From positions 30,938,001-31,002,000 of the forward strand of contig CM060733.1 of the NCBI GenBank assembly GCA_030704615.1: a stretch of 64,000 bases of DNA, in the 5' to 3' direction. Numbering within the stretch: the stretch's first letter is position 1; each line of letters starts with the position of its first letter. Below the pieces are notes generated by a model. The model saw only the letters and a list, made by a program, of their open reading frames with translations. It ran no database searches and was not told the origin of the DNA. Positions 51,150-64,000 of this stretch are shown in pieces. The DNA is from Takakia lepidozioides (lineage: Eukaryota > Plantae > Bryophyta). The position numbers and the translations under genes are program-made.

Positions 51150-52695
51150 TCACAGCCCAAAGGCCATGGGCACGGCCTGTCACAGCCCGTCACAGCCCCA
51201 AAGGCCTCAGGCACGGCCTGTCACAGCCCCTCACAGCCCGTCACAGCCTCAAAGGCCTCAGGCACGGCCTGTCACAGCCCCTCACAGCCCCTCACAGCCT
51301 CAAAGGCCTCAGGCACGGCCTGTCACAGCCCCTCACAGCCCGTCACAGCCCCAAAGGCCATGGGCACGGCCTGTCACAGCCCCTCATAGCCCGTCACAGC
51401 CCCAAAGGCCATGGGCACGGCATGTCACAGCCCCTCACAGCCCGTCACAGCCTCAAAGGGCTCAGGCACAGCCTGTCACAGCCCGTCACAGCCCCAAAGG
51501 CCATGGGCACAGCCTGTCACAGCTCGCCACAGCCTGTCACAGCCCGTCACAGCCCCACAGGCCTCAGGGCACAGCCTCTCACAGCCCCGCACAGCCCGTC
51601 ACAGCCCCAAAGGCCACTGGGCACAGCCTGTCACAGCCTGACACAGCCCGTCACAGCCCCACAGGGCACTGGGCACAGCCTGTCACAGCCCGTCACAGCC
51701 CCACAGGGCACAGGGCACAGGGCACAGCCTGTCACAGCCCGTCACAGCCCCAAAGGCCTCAGGCACGGCCTGTCACAGCCCCTCACAGCCCGTCACAGCC
51801 CCAAAGGCCATGGGCACGGCCTGTCACAGCCCCTCACAGCCCGTCACAGCCTCAAAGGCCTCAGGCACGGCCTGTCACAGCTTGCCACAGCCTGTCACAG
51901 CCCGTCACAGCCCCACAGGCCTCAGGCACAGCCTGTCACAGCCCGCACAGCCCGTCACAGCCCCAAAGGCCACTGGGCACAGCCTGTCACAGCCTGACAC
52001 AGCCCGTCACAGCCCACAGGGCACTGGGCACAGCCTGTCACAGCCTGACACAGCCCGTCACAGCCCGTCACAGCCCCAAAGGCCTCAGGCACGGCCTGTC
52101 ACAGCCCCTCACAGCCCGTCACAGCCCAAAGGCCATGGGCACGGCCTGTCACAGCCCCTCACAGCCCGTCACAGCCTCAAAGGCCTCAGGCACGGCCTGT
52201 CACAGCTCGCCACAGCCTGTCACAGCCCGTCACAGCCCCACAGGCCTCAGGGCACAGCCTGTCACAGCCCCGCACAGCCCGTCACAGCCCCAAAGGCCAC
52301 TGGGCACAGCCTGTCACAGCCTGACACAGCCCGTCACAGCCCCACAGGGCACTGGGCACAGCCTGTCACAGCCTGACACAGCCCGTCACAGCCCCACAGG
52401 GCACAGGGCACAGCCTGTCACAGCCCATCACAGCCCGTCACAGCCCCAAAGGCCTCAGGCACGGCCTGTCACAGCCCATCACAGCCCATCACAGCCTGTC
52501 ACAGCTTGCCACAGCCCATCACAGCCCATCACAGCCCCACAGGCCACTGGGCACAGCCCGTCACAGCTCGCCACAGCCTGACACAGCCCGTCACAGCCCC
52601 ACAGGGCACAGGGCACAGCCTATCACAGCTCGCCACAGCCTGTCACAGCCCCTCATAGCCCGTCACAGCTTGCCACAGCCTGTCACAGCCCCACA
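51150..52695. repeat. Minisatellite of ~10-bp TCACAGCC(C/T)G units in 40-60 bp higher-order blocks
   Basis: Continuous tgtcacagcc/cgtcacagcc with aaggcctcagg and aaggccatggg spacers. Confidence 0.95.
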
Positions 52696-53089
52696 CATGG
52701 CCGCTCTGGCAGTTTAGCCATTTCTCCAAGGGGTTTAGCCACGCCAAGCTAGGGTTTGTGTCTCTTGGACTCTAGGCTTCTTTCCACCGAGCTATGGTGG
52801 CTGTGAGGAAATCAGCAAGGTATCCTTGCTCTTTCGGCTCCCACACACCACCATAGTAGCCCTAAGCCATGAGGTGGTTGCCACAAACCAAGCCTTCTTT
52901 CTCACTTAGCCTCCCCAAACACGCCACTAAACTCAATGGCAAACAACCAAGCCCTGCTGGTTCCCAGCCCTTGTGAGCACTCATTCAAGCACTCTCATTG
53001 GCCATAACATCTGTCTTAGAGCCTATTCCAGCCCTCTACACCTGTTGCTTCAAGAGTTGCGCTCCCTTCAAGCTTGAAGTTGAAACCCC

Positions 53090-53570
53090 AACTCACATAG
53101 GCCCTACAAGTGCTTTTCTTTCACTCCAAGTGGAAACCAGCCCTAGACCTTCCGTTCTAGCTCTCTAAGGCTTGAAAACAAGAGCCTCAATGGGCTGAAG
53201 GCATGCTCCACACATGCCCCACTCTCACCATAAGAGAATCAGCTCCTTTGCTTCATTTCTTGCACCCACAAACCTGAAAATACAAGCTTCAGCAGGCTGA
53301 AAGTATGCTCTACATGCCCTACAGGGAAACCAGCCCCTTCCTTCTTTCCTTGCACTCCCACACCTAAAAGTGCAAGCCTTCACCAGGCTGATAGCATGCT
53401 CCACACATACATTGCCCTCACATAAGGGAAGTCAGCCCTTCCCTCTTCCTTGCTTGCCCTCCAAGCTTGAAGATGGAAGCTTCAATGAGCTGAATACATG
53501 CTCCACACATGCAACCTCTTCACACAAGAGATATCAGCCCCCTATCTTGGCTCCTTGGCTCCTTGATGCT
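53090..53570. repeat. Degenerate ~100-bp tandem repeat (about 4 copies)
   Basis: Recurring gctga..catgctccacacat...cagcccct..cttgc. Confidence 0.55.
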
Positions 53571-54544
53571 CTCTAAGACAAGACTAAGCACTCCACAGCC
53601 TTTGCCAAGCTCTTGAAACCCTAAGGCTTACATTTCCAGCCACAAGACACTTCTCTTGTGGTGCAAGAGCTCTTCTTCCAAGCTCTGAAACCCCAGGTGC
53701 ACATTCCATGGCCTTGCCGCACCTCTTAGCTCCTGTTCCAGCCCTGCTCTTGCCATGACAAGAGCCCTCTCAATGCTGAAGCTCGAGATTGAAACCCAAT
53801 CTCACCATACTCCACAAAGTGCATTGATTTGCCCCAAGCCAAATCAGCCCTTTCGCTTGGTCTTGCAATCCTTCACACAATGAAAGCTCGCATTCCCAGG
53901 TCCAGTTCTCAGCTTTGCCACCAAAGCCACTATAACCTGCTCTTGACTGGTCCTCTTCCCAATCGTGCTTGCTCATGCATGTACACAATCTGAAACCATC
54001 AAGGTGCTCTGGAATTACCTGCAGCATGGTGCTTTCATCTCTGAAGCTGAAGATCGAATGCCAAGGTCTACCACCTCGTAACCCACATCGCCTCCGCTTC
54101 TAACAACCAAGAGCTCCATGGTGCTCCTTGCATAACAACTTGGTTTCTCTCAATCTCAAGCAAAAACCACAAGTGCTACAACTAACTCGTATCTAGCACT
54201 CATAGATACGAGCTCATCTTTCTCGAGTGATAAAGAAGAAGAATACAAGCACAAGCTCATGCGAGCTCACAAAGCTGAAGCATAAACTCATGCATATATA
54301 ACCTCATCACTCAAATACAAGTCAAGCCAAGTGCACCCCACGCCATGGGGAATCCACACTACGGCGCCATAGCTAGGCGCGGTGAGGCTCAACTCGAGAA
54401 AGATGAGCCTCCCGCGCTTGCCGTGAAGATAACCACTACAGGGCCTAAATCTACCTTGACCCCTGGATTGACACTTGGGCCAATCCCAAATGTCAATATG
54501 TAAAAGCTAGCTATTTCCTAGCTAGTTTCACACTAGTGGTAAAA

Positions 54545-55855
54545 TAACTTGACAATCGAATTGAGCTTGTACCTGGATCTAGTCCAGTAAGTCGACCTCC
54601 TTATAGGACAAGTTTAAAGGAAGAAGAGGTGGTTAGAACAATGTTGGACGAATACCTAAGGTTGGGTCAGTTTCGTCCAAGTTATTCTCCATTCGTTGCT
54701 CCAGCCTTTTGGTGCCTAAGAAGGATAAGTCTTTTCGTATGTGCATTGATTACCGTAGTCTGAACTAAATTACTGCTAAACATCGATATCTTATACCTCG
54801 GATTGATGATTCGATGGATGCTTTACAAGGAGCCTCAATCTTCAACAAGATTGATCTCAAGAGTGGCTATCATCATATTAGGATAAAGGATGAGGATGTG
54901 TTTAAGACAGCCTCTAGGACCAAGTTTGGTCATTACGAGTTTTTGGTGATGCCGTTTGGTTTGACAAATTCTCCTGCGACATTCATGATGCTAATGAATG
55001 ATGTTTTGAGATCTTTCATGGGAAAATTTGTGGTTGATTTTATTGATGACATATTGGTCTACAGTAAAACAGTTGAGGAACATGTGGTTCATCTCCGTCA
55101 AGTTGTAACAACCTTACACAGGGTTACACTATATGCTAATCCAAGCAAGTGTGAGTTGTTTAAATTTGAGGTGGAGTATTTAGGACACATTGTGTCAGTG
55201 GGTGGTGTCAAGATGGATCCTAAGAAGGTAACTGCCATACTCAGATGGCCTAGACCACTTGATGTGGTATCGCTACAGTCATTTTTGGGTTTTGCTGGTT
55301 TCTATAGGAAGTATGTCAAGGACTACTCACGAATTACAGCTCCGCTTCCTGATTTGCTACAAGGTAGCAGGTTGTACGAGTGGACTGCGTTGTAACAAGA
55401 AGGTTTTGATCTCTTAAAACATGCTGTAGCTACGACACCTGTATTAAAGATTGTAGATCTACAAAAGCCTTTTGTGTTGGAAACAAATGCTAGTCGCATT
55501 GCTCTTGGAGCGGTCATTTCATCTGAGTCCACCACTAAAGTCCACACATACACCATTGAGGATGGTTTGGTGAAACGGAAAGGCCAAGTTTGCATTCCAA
55601 GTTCAAGAGAACTTCGAAAGAAGATTCTTACAGAATGTCATGACAGTCCTTGTGCAGGACATCCAGGGGTTGAGAAAACCTATGAGTTAGTGTGACAACA
55701 CTTTTGGTGGCCTAAGCTCAAGGAAGACGTGCATGAGTATGTGACACATTGTTTCAGGTGTCAGGTCACTAAAGTAGAACACCTGAAGTCTCTAGGGTTG
55801 TTACATCCGTCGGTGGGAAAACATTTCCATGGATTTTATTACTGATTTGCAGATG
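54545..55855 (+). mobile_element. Ty3/gypsy pol fragment (RT, deleted RNaseH, integrase Zn finger)
   Basis: [42 protein letters not shown]. Confidence 0.88.
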
Positions 55856-57149
55856 ATCAAGAGGGTTCTCCCTCGCAAACTACATGAGCATTTCAAACAA
55901 TAAATCATGTCAAAGGTAGAAAAAAGAAAGTCAGTTTACCATACCAACCAATGCAGTGAAAATTACTCCTACCCTTTCAGACGGAGCACACCAATTTTCC
56001 TCCACAAATTGAAGATCGTCTTCTATTGCAGAGTAGAGACTGGTATCTTATCACATTAATTTTTGCAAATACTCTGGTGAACATCGATACACAGACACAA
56101 TGCCACAGTAACAGTTACCTATATCTTTTAAGCATGTGAATCTTGAATGTACTTGAGCTTCAGTGGTTGTTCAGTGCAATCTCTTCAGTCACTCACATGT
56201 AACAGCTGTGAAATAAAGTTTTGCTCAAATAGACATGGCTGGCTAGCTACTACGATTATCTTCAACAGGCAATACTTGGCTTTCCATTCAGGAGTTAAGG
56301 CCATGGGTGTGCGGGGCACGCTTTCATGCTAGGTTTCCATGCTCCTGTTTCCCTCATCCTTTTCAGCTCACACTACTGCCAGATAGTTTCCCCTGCTTCA
56401 ATGCATTATGGTTCACCGCTAAGGAGTTCAGACCCTTGTGTACGCTTACCTTGTTTGCTTACATCCTGGTCGTTGGGCACCTGTTTCTTCTCCTCCTTAC
56501 ATAGTTCCACACCCCCCATGTCACTTAGTTATTTCTTCTCATCTCAGTTTGTTTCCTTATGCTCTTTATAGCTAGTTTGCTATGGTCTCGGGGAAGTTCC
56601 CCCTCGGTTAGCCTTACGGCATCCGGGTGGTTATTCTTTCCATCTTTTGTGAACTCTATTTTATTCCCCTTTCTTTTATTATTATTTTTTTAAACAAAAA
56701 CTTAGGCAATGACCAAAAGGCGAAAAAAAATTGCCTGTCAAAAGAAAGGTAAGAATTACAAAGAAAAGGTATGAGATATTGGTAATATTATTTATGAATA
56801 ATCTTACTAAGTAAGTCTAGCTAGGGGAGGCATACCACAATTGTACCTGCGTACTGGGAGAAAGTCGCGAGTCACTGCCAGCTACCTTTCCAGCTACCCT
56901 TCATTTGAAACCGGAAGATAATGGGAATAATGTAAGAACTTAATGGACGCGTGTGATCTGACAGTACTTTCGCCAGATTTGGGCAAAGGCTCCTCCGGTC
57001 AAATCCTCCCCACCCCATATTATCTCGGTTTCACTATTAAATACTTATGAATCCGGGTAGGTTGTAAGTTGTGGTGTGTAGCGTGATGGTAAGGTGATAT
57101 CAATGGGAGTGACGAGGTTCTGGGATCAGTTCCTGATGGGAGGTTGTGG

Positions 57150-57470
57150 CAGTGTAACCCCGGTTGATGTAACCCTCCACTCGGTGCAACCCCAGTTGAT
57201 GTAACCCTCCACTCGGTGTAACCCCGATGGATGTAACCCTCCCCACTTGGTGTAGCCCCGGTCGATGTAACCCTCCACTTGGTGTAACCCTCTGTAACCT
57301 CGATTTTTCATGTAACTCTGGTTGGTCCATTTTATACTTAGCCACATTTGGACTTAGTCAAATTTCGAGACCAAATGTGGGTTACACCGACTGGAGTTAC
57401 TCTCCATTCTGTGTAACCCTGAGTGGAGTTACACACCTCGTCGTGTAACCCAGTGTAACCCCGACTGGAG
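57150..57470. repeat. ~32-bp tandem repeat built on TGTAACCC, with inverted copies
   Basis: gtgtaaccccggttgatgtaaccctccactcg repeated about 4.5 times, then gggttacac and gagttacac. Confidence 0.8.
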
Positions 57471-57979
57471 TTGACACTCCTTCAGTTCCATGTCACCCTC
57501 AAGAGATGATTGACATGCCGGAAACCGGCGTACCATCCTGTCAGAGGTTGCACGTGTACATTAAGTTCTTACATTATTCCTATTATCTTCCTTTGAAACC
57601 CCAAAACAATGTCACTCTTATTTCTTGTACGCACGCTCAAGTTGGTACAGTGCCCACTAAGTCACTAGTGGTAAGCAAGCTCTCCCTTGATTTGCTGGTA
57701 CAATGCTCTTGAAATAGTGGTAAGTTTTGCTGCAAGCTCTCCTTCGCTCTCACATCTTAGTGGAGTTCAATAATGATAGTGCTCAATAGTGCAGATTATA
57801 CGCTCCTACAGGGATTAGGCTATAAGCTGCAAGTTCTCCTTTTGCTCTCCTTTTGCTCTCCTTTTGCTCTCACACCACCATGAAATTCAAAAATGACAGT
57901 GCTCAATAGTGCAGGTACGCTGGTACAGGGCTCTTAAAATTGTGGTTATAAGCTCCAAGCTCTCCCTTTGCTCTCACAC

Positions 57980-58270
57980 CAGTGTTTTTTAATCTGCCAA
58001 AAAATCGCCGGATTTAGACCTGGAAAATGGGTCAACTAGTTTTATAAAGGAATTACGAGAGTAAATTTTTTTTAAAAAATCACCAGAAAGCACCAATGGT
58101 CAAATATTAGGAGCCAGATTTGTCCTACGTGGACCTGTTAAAATATGACACCTGTAATATAGCCACTTTTCTAACTAGGTACCTCGTTAGTCTCGCCATA
58201 TGGGCACCGGGTAGAATCTACATATCATCCTGCCTGCGATCTAGGAAAAGTGAAAAAAAAAACACAGTCG
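57980..58270. mobile_element. Possible MITE with CAGTGTTTTT-type termini
   Basis: cagtgttttt ... aaaaacacag interrupting a local ~130-bp repeat. Related sequence at 63340-63745. Confidence 0.35.
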
Positions 58271-58364
58271 CAGACCGTAGTGGAGTTCAATATTAATGAT
58301 AGTCCACACTAGTGCGGATATGCTTGTACATGGCTCTCTGGTTCATTGGTACACTGGTCATTGG

Positions 58365-61300
58365 TGTTGTAAATAAGGACAACCAGGCTTACTATCTTTA
58401 CTAGTTAGATTAGCTGTATCTGCGTAGGCTTATCAGTTTGGTCTTTATTGTTTATCATGTAGTTAGCCTTGTCAGCTTTGTTTTGTGCCTTACATTCTAG
58501 GGATTAGATTCACTGTAGCTAGCTACGTCTGTCACAGGGCGACGCACCCTCCCTTCAACCTCATGTATATCTTTGGGGTGTTACTGGAGCCCTCACGATT
58601 ATCTCATATTATGTTTTTCTCCTCATGGTATCAGAGCACATGATGTGCTCTCCTGGGAACTAGAGAGGGACTGGCCTAGGTAATAGTTGTATTCCAGAGC
58701 GGGGACACCTCTGGACGAGTTAGCAAAGAAAGAGAGAAACGCCAGCAAAGCTAGCGAATTATCATTTTTTTTAAAGCAGAGAACTAGTTAGTGAGGGAAC
58801 TCCTAAACTAGCTCGACACCAGCCTTGGAGTTAGCACGTTTGTTTGGCGACTACGACAAACTTGACGGTTCTAAAAACTACATCAATTGGAGTGCTCGTG
58901 TGCAGACCTTACTTGAACGAGATGAAGTCAGGGATGAACTAAACTTTACTGGTGAAAACGCTGACGATGATTTTGCTGAGGATGATGCATGTGATGTAGC
59001 TGTCAATGAAGGTGGTGACATCAATGCTCCTATGCAACCTCGATATACTCCTCAGCAGATCCGACGTTTTAAAATAAAAGCTCGTCCTATTCTGACTGCT
59101 ATAGTCAAGGACAAGTTTTTGCCTACAATTCGTCAGTATGCTAACGATCCTGTTGGATGCTGGAATCACTTCAAACAGCGCTTCAGAGGTGATTTGATTC
59201 AACGTCAGCTTCTTTTGGAGCAGCAGTTACAAGCCGTAAAAATGACAGAAGGCACAACCATCAAGGATTACCTGAAGGAAGTTGATGACCTCTCTTCTCA
59301 ACTGGCGGCCATCAACGCTGCTGTTGACAACGTTTGTCTCATACATATTGTTCTTCGTGGGCTCCCATTGAGTTGGGGTTCATTTATCTCCAGCTTCGGC
59401 TCTGATCTGTCTCGGCAACCCGCACCGACTTATAGCAATCTGGTGGAACGTCTCCAAGCCGAAGAATACTGGAGGAAAGGCAAACAATAAGAAGTCGTTG
59501 AACATGCTATGATGGCCTCTCGCTTTCGGCCCCAGCAGGTGGAAGAGCTCGCGAGTACCGTCCATCTACTCCAACTCACCGTGGTTTCTCACGACCTAGT
59601 CCTGCCCATGGACGTCGTGTAGTTGGGGCATGCAACTACTATAAGTAACCATATTACCGGTGATAAAGCGGCCTTGTCCGCATTTGTGCCTAGCTCGTCT
59701 AATCCATCTGTAACCACAGCTGGCGGCTCCAAGCTTCCCATTTTGGGCAAGGGCACCGCAAATGTTGATAATAAAGTTATACGCAATGTTCTTTACGTCC
59801 CGGGTGCACATAAGAATCTCATGTCTGTTGGCAAGCTAACAGATGTTGGGCATCTTATTCTTTTTTATTCCAAAGCTTGTTATGTGTTTGATAAAGATAA
59901 TCCTCAGCTTGTTGCTCTCCAAGCTACTCGAAATCCACGTAACAACTTGTACCGTCTTTTTGCTGCATTGCCTGGCCAACACGAGCATCGATATTCACAA
60001 GGTATCATTTCTCTTCCTTCATTCAATCATTGTCGTCCACATACAGCTCGGTATTTGTTACACGAGGTTGTTTCAGAACCACCCCAAGTTCTTGAAATTA
60101 CACAAACCAATACCGATGTGGTCGATCTTTGGCACAGGCGGCTTAGTCATCTTAATTTCCAATCGGCTTATCATATGACGACTAAGGAGCTAGTCACAGG
60201 GATTCCCAAACTTCCATTGGCCAAACGAACATGCACCTCTTTGCCAAGCAGCATCGCGAAAGGATTCCTAAACGGGTGCAAACACAAACAACCCGACCAT
60301 TTCAGTTGGTACATTCAGACTTATGTGGACCAGTAAAAACGACTGCTTCTGCCAAATATGTTTTAACATTTATTGACGATTACTCTCGCTTTACTTGGGT
60401 GTATTTTCTCGCTAATAAAAGTGAAGCTTTTGCTCGTTTTAAGGAGTTCAAGGCCATGATTGAAAGTCAATTCCAGTTGAGAATTTCCTGTCTGAGGACA
60501 GATCGTGGTGGCGAGTATATGTCTCATGACTTTCTTCAATACTGCCACTACCATGGAATTCGTTGCCAATTGACTGCTCCCAGCACCCCACATCAAAATG
60601 GTGTTGCTGAGCGGAAGAATCGGACTTTGCTCGAAGCTGCTCGTGCTATCTTCATAGACTCCAAATTCCCCAGTTTTCTCTGGATGGAAGCTGTTCGTGC
60701 TGTTGCCTACGTCCTCAACCGTTGTTGTACTCGGGCTCTACATCTCAAAACCCCTTTTCAAGCACTCAACGTACGGTAATAAACCCAACCTTTCACATCT
60801 CCGTGTTCTTGGATGTACTGCCTTTGTCCATATTCCATCTCAATTTAGGTCCAAACTTCAGGCTAAGGCAGTTTAGGCAGTTCTTGTAGGTTATGATACT
60901 CAAACAAAAGGCTACCGGTGCTACGATCCACTCCGTCGTCGAATTCTCATTAGCCCGAATGTAACTTTTGTTGAAGAGGCGCCTGGGGATTTCCAGCATG
61001 TGCCTTCTCCTCCCACATTCTTCGATGAATTGTTACATGTTCTTGGTCCGGATCAGGCTCACCCTCGTGAGCCAGAGAGGGAGATTGCCCAAGAACATCA
61101 TCAGCATGAACAACCTGAACCAGAGCAACACTTTGAAGCTGCTACTGATGAGGGCAGGCCTTCATTGGAACCTCAGCGGCAAATTGATTCCACCAATGAA
61201 GCCTCTACGTCCAATACTAGCCAACGACCTATACAACATACTCGTCGTTCTACTAGAGCATCAAAAGGAAAAATTCCGAATAAGTACAATGATTTTGAGC

Positions 61301-63243
61301 TCTACTTACCAGATGACGTGGAACTGTACGTTGTGGAAACTAGTGACCAAGTGACTAATTCTATCACTTTCTCTGAGGCATTCAATGATCCGGGTTGGAA
61401 TGCTGCAATGCGAGAAGAATTTGAGTCGCTGTTGAAGAACATGACTTGGGAGCTGACTGAGTTACTAGCGGATAGACGTCCACTGTCGGCCAGATGGATT
61501 TATAGAGCTAAGCCCATCAATGACCTCAACAGTCCAACCAGGACTCGTCTCAAAGCAGGACTTGTGGCTAGAGGCATAGAGCAACAACACGGCATTGATT
61601 ACAAAGAAAATTTGCTCCAGTTGTTCGCTGGTCAACTTTGAGGGCTATCATAGCGATGGCAGTTGCTGCTGGGTGGCCAATTTCACACATGGACGTTGTT
61701 ACTATTTTTTTTAATGGAAACCTTAAAGAAGTAATCTACATATAGCAACCACCGGGCTTTGAAGAAAAAGGACTTGAGAGCATTTGGTATGCAAGTTAAG
61801 GAAATCTTTGTGTGGGCTAAAGCAATCTCCACGTGCATGCTATCACGAGATTGACTCATTTCTGAGAACTGAAGGCTGGATCCGCAGTGACGCAGACCCT
61901 AACCTATACTATTTGGAAGAAGGATCAGTTGTTGTTTTCCTGCTGCTGTACGTCGATGATATCTTGATTACAAGAAATGATGCCTCAAAAATTTCTCAAG
62001 TAAAGCAGCAACTTCAAAATAAATATGAGATGAAGGATCTCAGTGAGATCACTAAGTACCTTGGCGTTGAGTTTGCTCGCACAGATCAAGGGATGCTAAT
62101 GCATCAACGTATATGCTCAACAAATTCTGAAGGACCAAGGCATGGAAGATTGTAGGATGGAGCACACACCACTTCCCGATGGATTTGTAACTCAATCTGA
62201 AACAGACTGCTCCGGTTGATATTATTGAGTATTGCCAATTGGTGGGGAAATTGTTGTTCTTAACTAACACTCGCGCAGACCTTTCATATGCTGTCAGATT
62301 GGTAGATCGGTTTATGTCAAAACCGCAACAACAACATATGGAAGCAATATATCACATTTTACGCTATGTGAAGAAAACAATGGACTACGGCCTTTTCTTC
62401 CAGTGCAGCCCCAATCTCACTCTTGCTGGTTATTCGGATGCTGATTATTTGGGTTGCTTAGAGACTCGGCGCTCTACTGGTGGTTATGTGTTCACAATGG
62501 CTTCTGGGGCAATTTCATGGTAAAGCAAAAGGCAAGCCACCGTTTCAGACAACACTACAGAAGCCGAATATAAAGCTTTGTCTGAAGCCACAAAAGAAGC
62601 AGTCTATCTTAGAAGGCTATTATAGGAATTAAAGGCCTTATCTACCACTGCAGTCTCACTCGAATGCAAAAATGTGCAAATCTAGTCGGATCTCTCCCCT
62701 CCATTCCTACCCTGCAGGATCTTCACTTGAATTGCGACAATCAAGGTTCTATTAAATTGGCACTCAATCCCGTTTTTCACGCATGTACCAAGCACATAGA
62801 AGTGGAACATCACTTTATAAGAGAACGAATACTAGAAGGCGAGGTGAAACTCAAACATGTTGCCAGCGACGAACAACATGCAGACATTTTTACTAAACCT
62901 GTAGGCAGACAACTATTTGAGAAGCTTCGATCCTTATCTCATCTCTCTGTTGTTTCTGGTGCCTGGCTGTAGAAAGGGTGTTGTAAATGAGGACAACCAG
63001 GCTTACTATCTTTACTAGTTAGATTAGTTGTATCTGCGTAGGCTTATCAGTTTGGTCTTTATTGTTTATCCTGTAGTTAGCCTTGTCTGTTTTGTTTTGT
63101 GCCTTACATTCTAGGGATTAGATTCACTGTAGCTAGCTAGCTACGTCTGTCACAGGGCAGCGCACCCTCCCTTCAACCTCATGTATATCTTTGGGGTGTT
63201 ACTGGAGCCCTCACTATTCTCTCGGATTATGTTTTTCTCCTCC
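58365..63243 (+). mobile_element. Full-length degenerate Ty1/copia with both LTRs
   Basis: LTRs 58365-58625 and 62979-63243, differing by roughly a dozen substitutions plus a 4-bp indel. TSD ATTGG. Met PBS at 58626-58637. gag, GAG-pre-integrase LWHRRLSH, integrase HSDLCGP/LRTDRGGEY, RT LYVDD, RNaseH GYSDAD. Many frameshifts. Confidence 0.95.
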
Positions 63244-64000
63244 ATTGGTCCACTGGTACTATAGTCTATTGGTAGAATAGACATTGGGTAGAATTTACAT
63301 AGAATTTACAGTTGAATTCTATTGGGTAGAATTTACATGTCGCCATGCCTACGATTTTGGAAAAGTGAAAAAAAAAACTCTGGTTGGTGAGACATTTTAA
63401 ATAGTGGTACTCTTGAATTGTGATAGGCTGGTACGTTGGTACTTTGATCATTGGTATGCTGGTGCATGGTGAGAATCAAGATTTCAACCCAGCCATTCTT
63501 TTAGTGGCGAATAATCGCCAGATTTCGACCTTAAAAAAACAAACGAATATTCTGTCGCAAATCCACTGATTTTTCATGGATGAAATAGACAAATTTCTCC
63601 AAATAAAAAATAAATTGTGGATGTATTCGCCAAATATGGATGAGGGTACATAGGTGGATGAATTACAGTGGATGAACACAATAAATGGCTATTTCCTGCA
63701 AAACTCTGTAGCCACTTGTGTTCCAAATTCCTTAAAAAAAACACTGCTTCAACCATGTTCTTAGTGGAACTTGGTACATTGGTACATGATGATTGGCATG
63801 GTGAGACCTTTTAAAGAGTGGTACTCTTGAATTGTGGTAGGCTGGTAGGTTGGTACCATTGATGATCGGTACGTGCATGGTGAGATTCAAGACCTCTTCA
63901 ATAGTGGTATATCGTCCATTGGTACATGATGAGTAGGCCCATCTTTAGGTCGACCTTTTACACCCCCTTGTACCTTTTGACGATTTAAAATCTCACACTG

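Noticed and set aside
50469-52581. Long ORFs of 188-471 aa
   Set aside because: Artefacts of the N gap and the stop-free satellite.
55960-56330. Possible minus-strand exon remnants (YSAIEDDLQFVEENW)
   Set aside because: Disrupted, family unrecognised, and the splice phase could not be established.

Overview
Eukaryotic nuclear DNA from a land plant. A non-seed lineage is my inference from the RTEX-like LINEs, the chromovirus and the PLS-PPR fragments. The window is TE-saturated and I see no intact host gene. 0.6-28.7 kb: many copies of an APE-RT LINE whose ends sit in TC-rich tracts, plus a second LINE family with a (CATTT)n tail. These interleave with a pseudogenised oxidosqualene cyclase (exons ~2-12, divergent catalytic motif) and an ABCB transporter whose consecutive exons lie on opposite strands 17 kb apart. 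32-35 kb: truncated copia. 34.8-38.6 kb (+) and 42.3-45.4 kb (-): degenerate copies of a gene in which OSB-type PDF ssDNA-binding motifs, each encoded by a two-exon phase-1 module, are fused to PLS-class PPR repeats. The minus-strand set lies inside a 5,021-bp CACTA element with no recognisable transposase (24-bp TIRs, CTT target-site duplication). It also carries a PLPBP/YggS exon, so it is a Pack-CACTA, and it is inserted cleanly into a chromodomain Ty3/gypsy element. After a 500-N gap come a TCACAGCC satellite, a gypsy pol fragment and a full-length degenerate copia with both LTRs and TSD. All coordinates were read by eye and may be off by a few bases.
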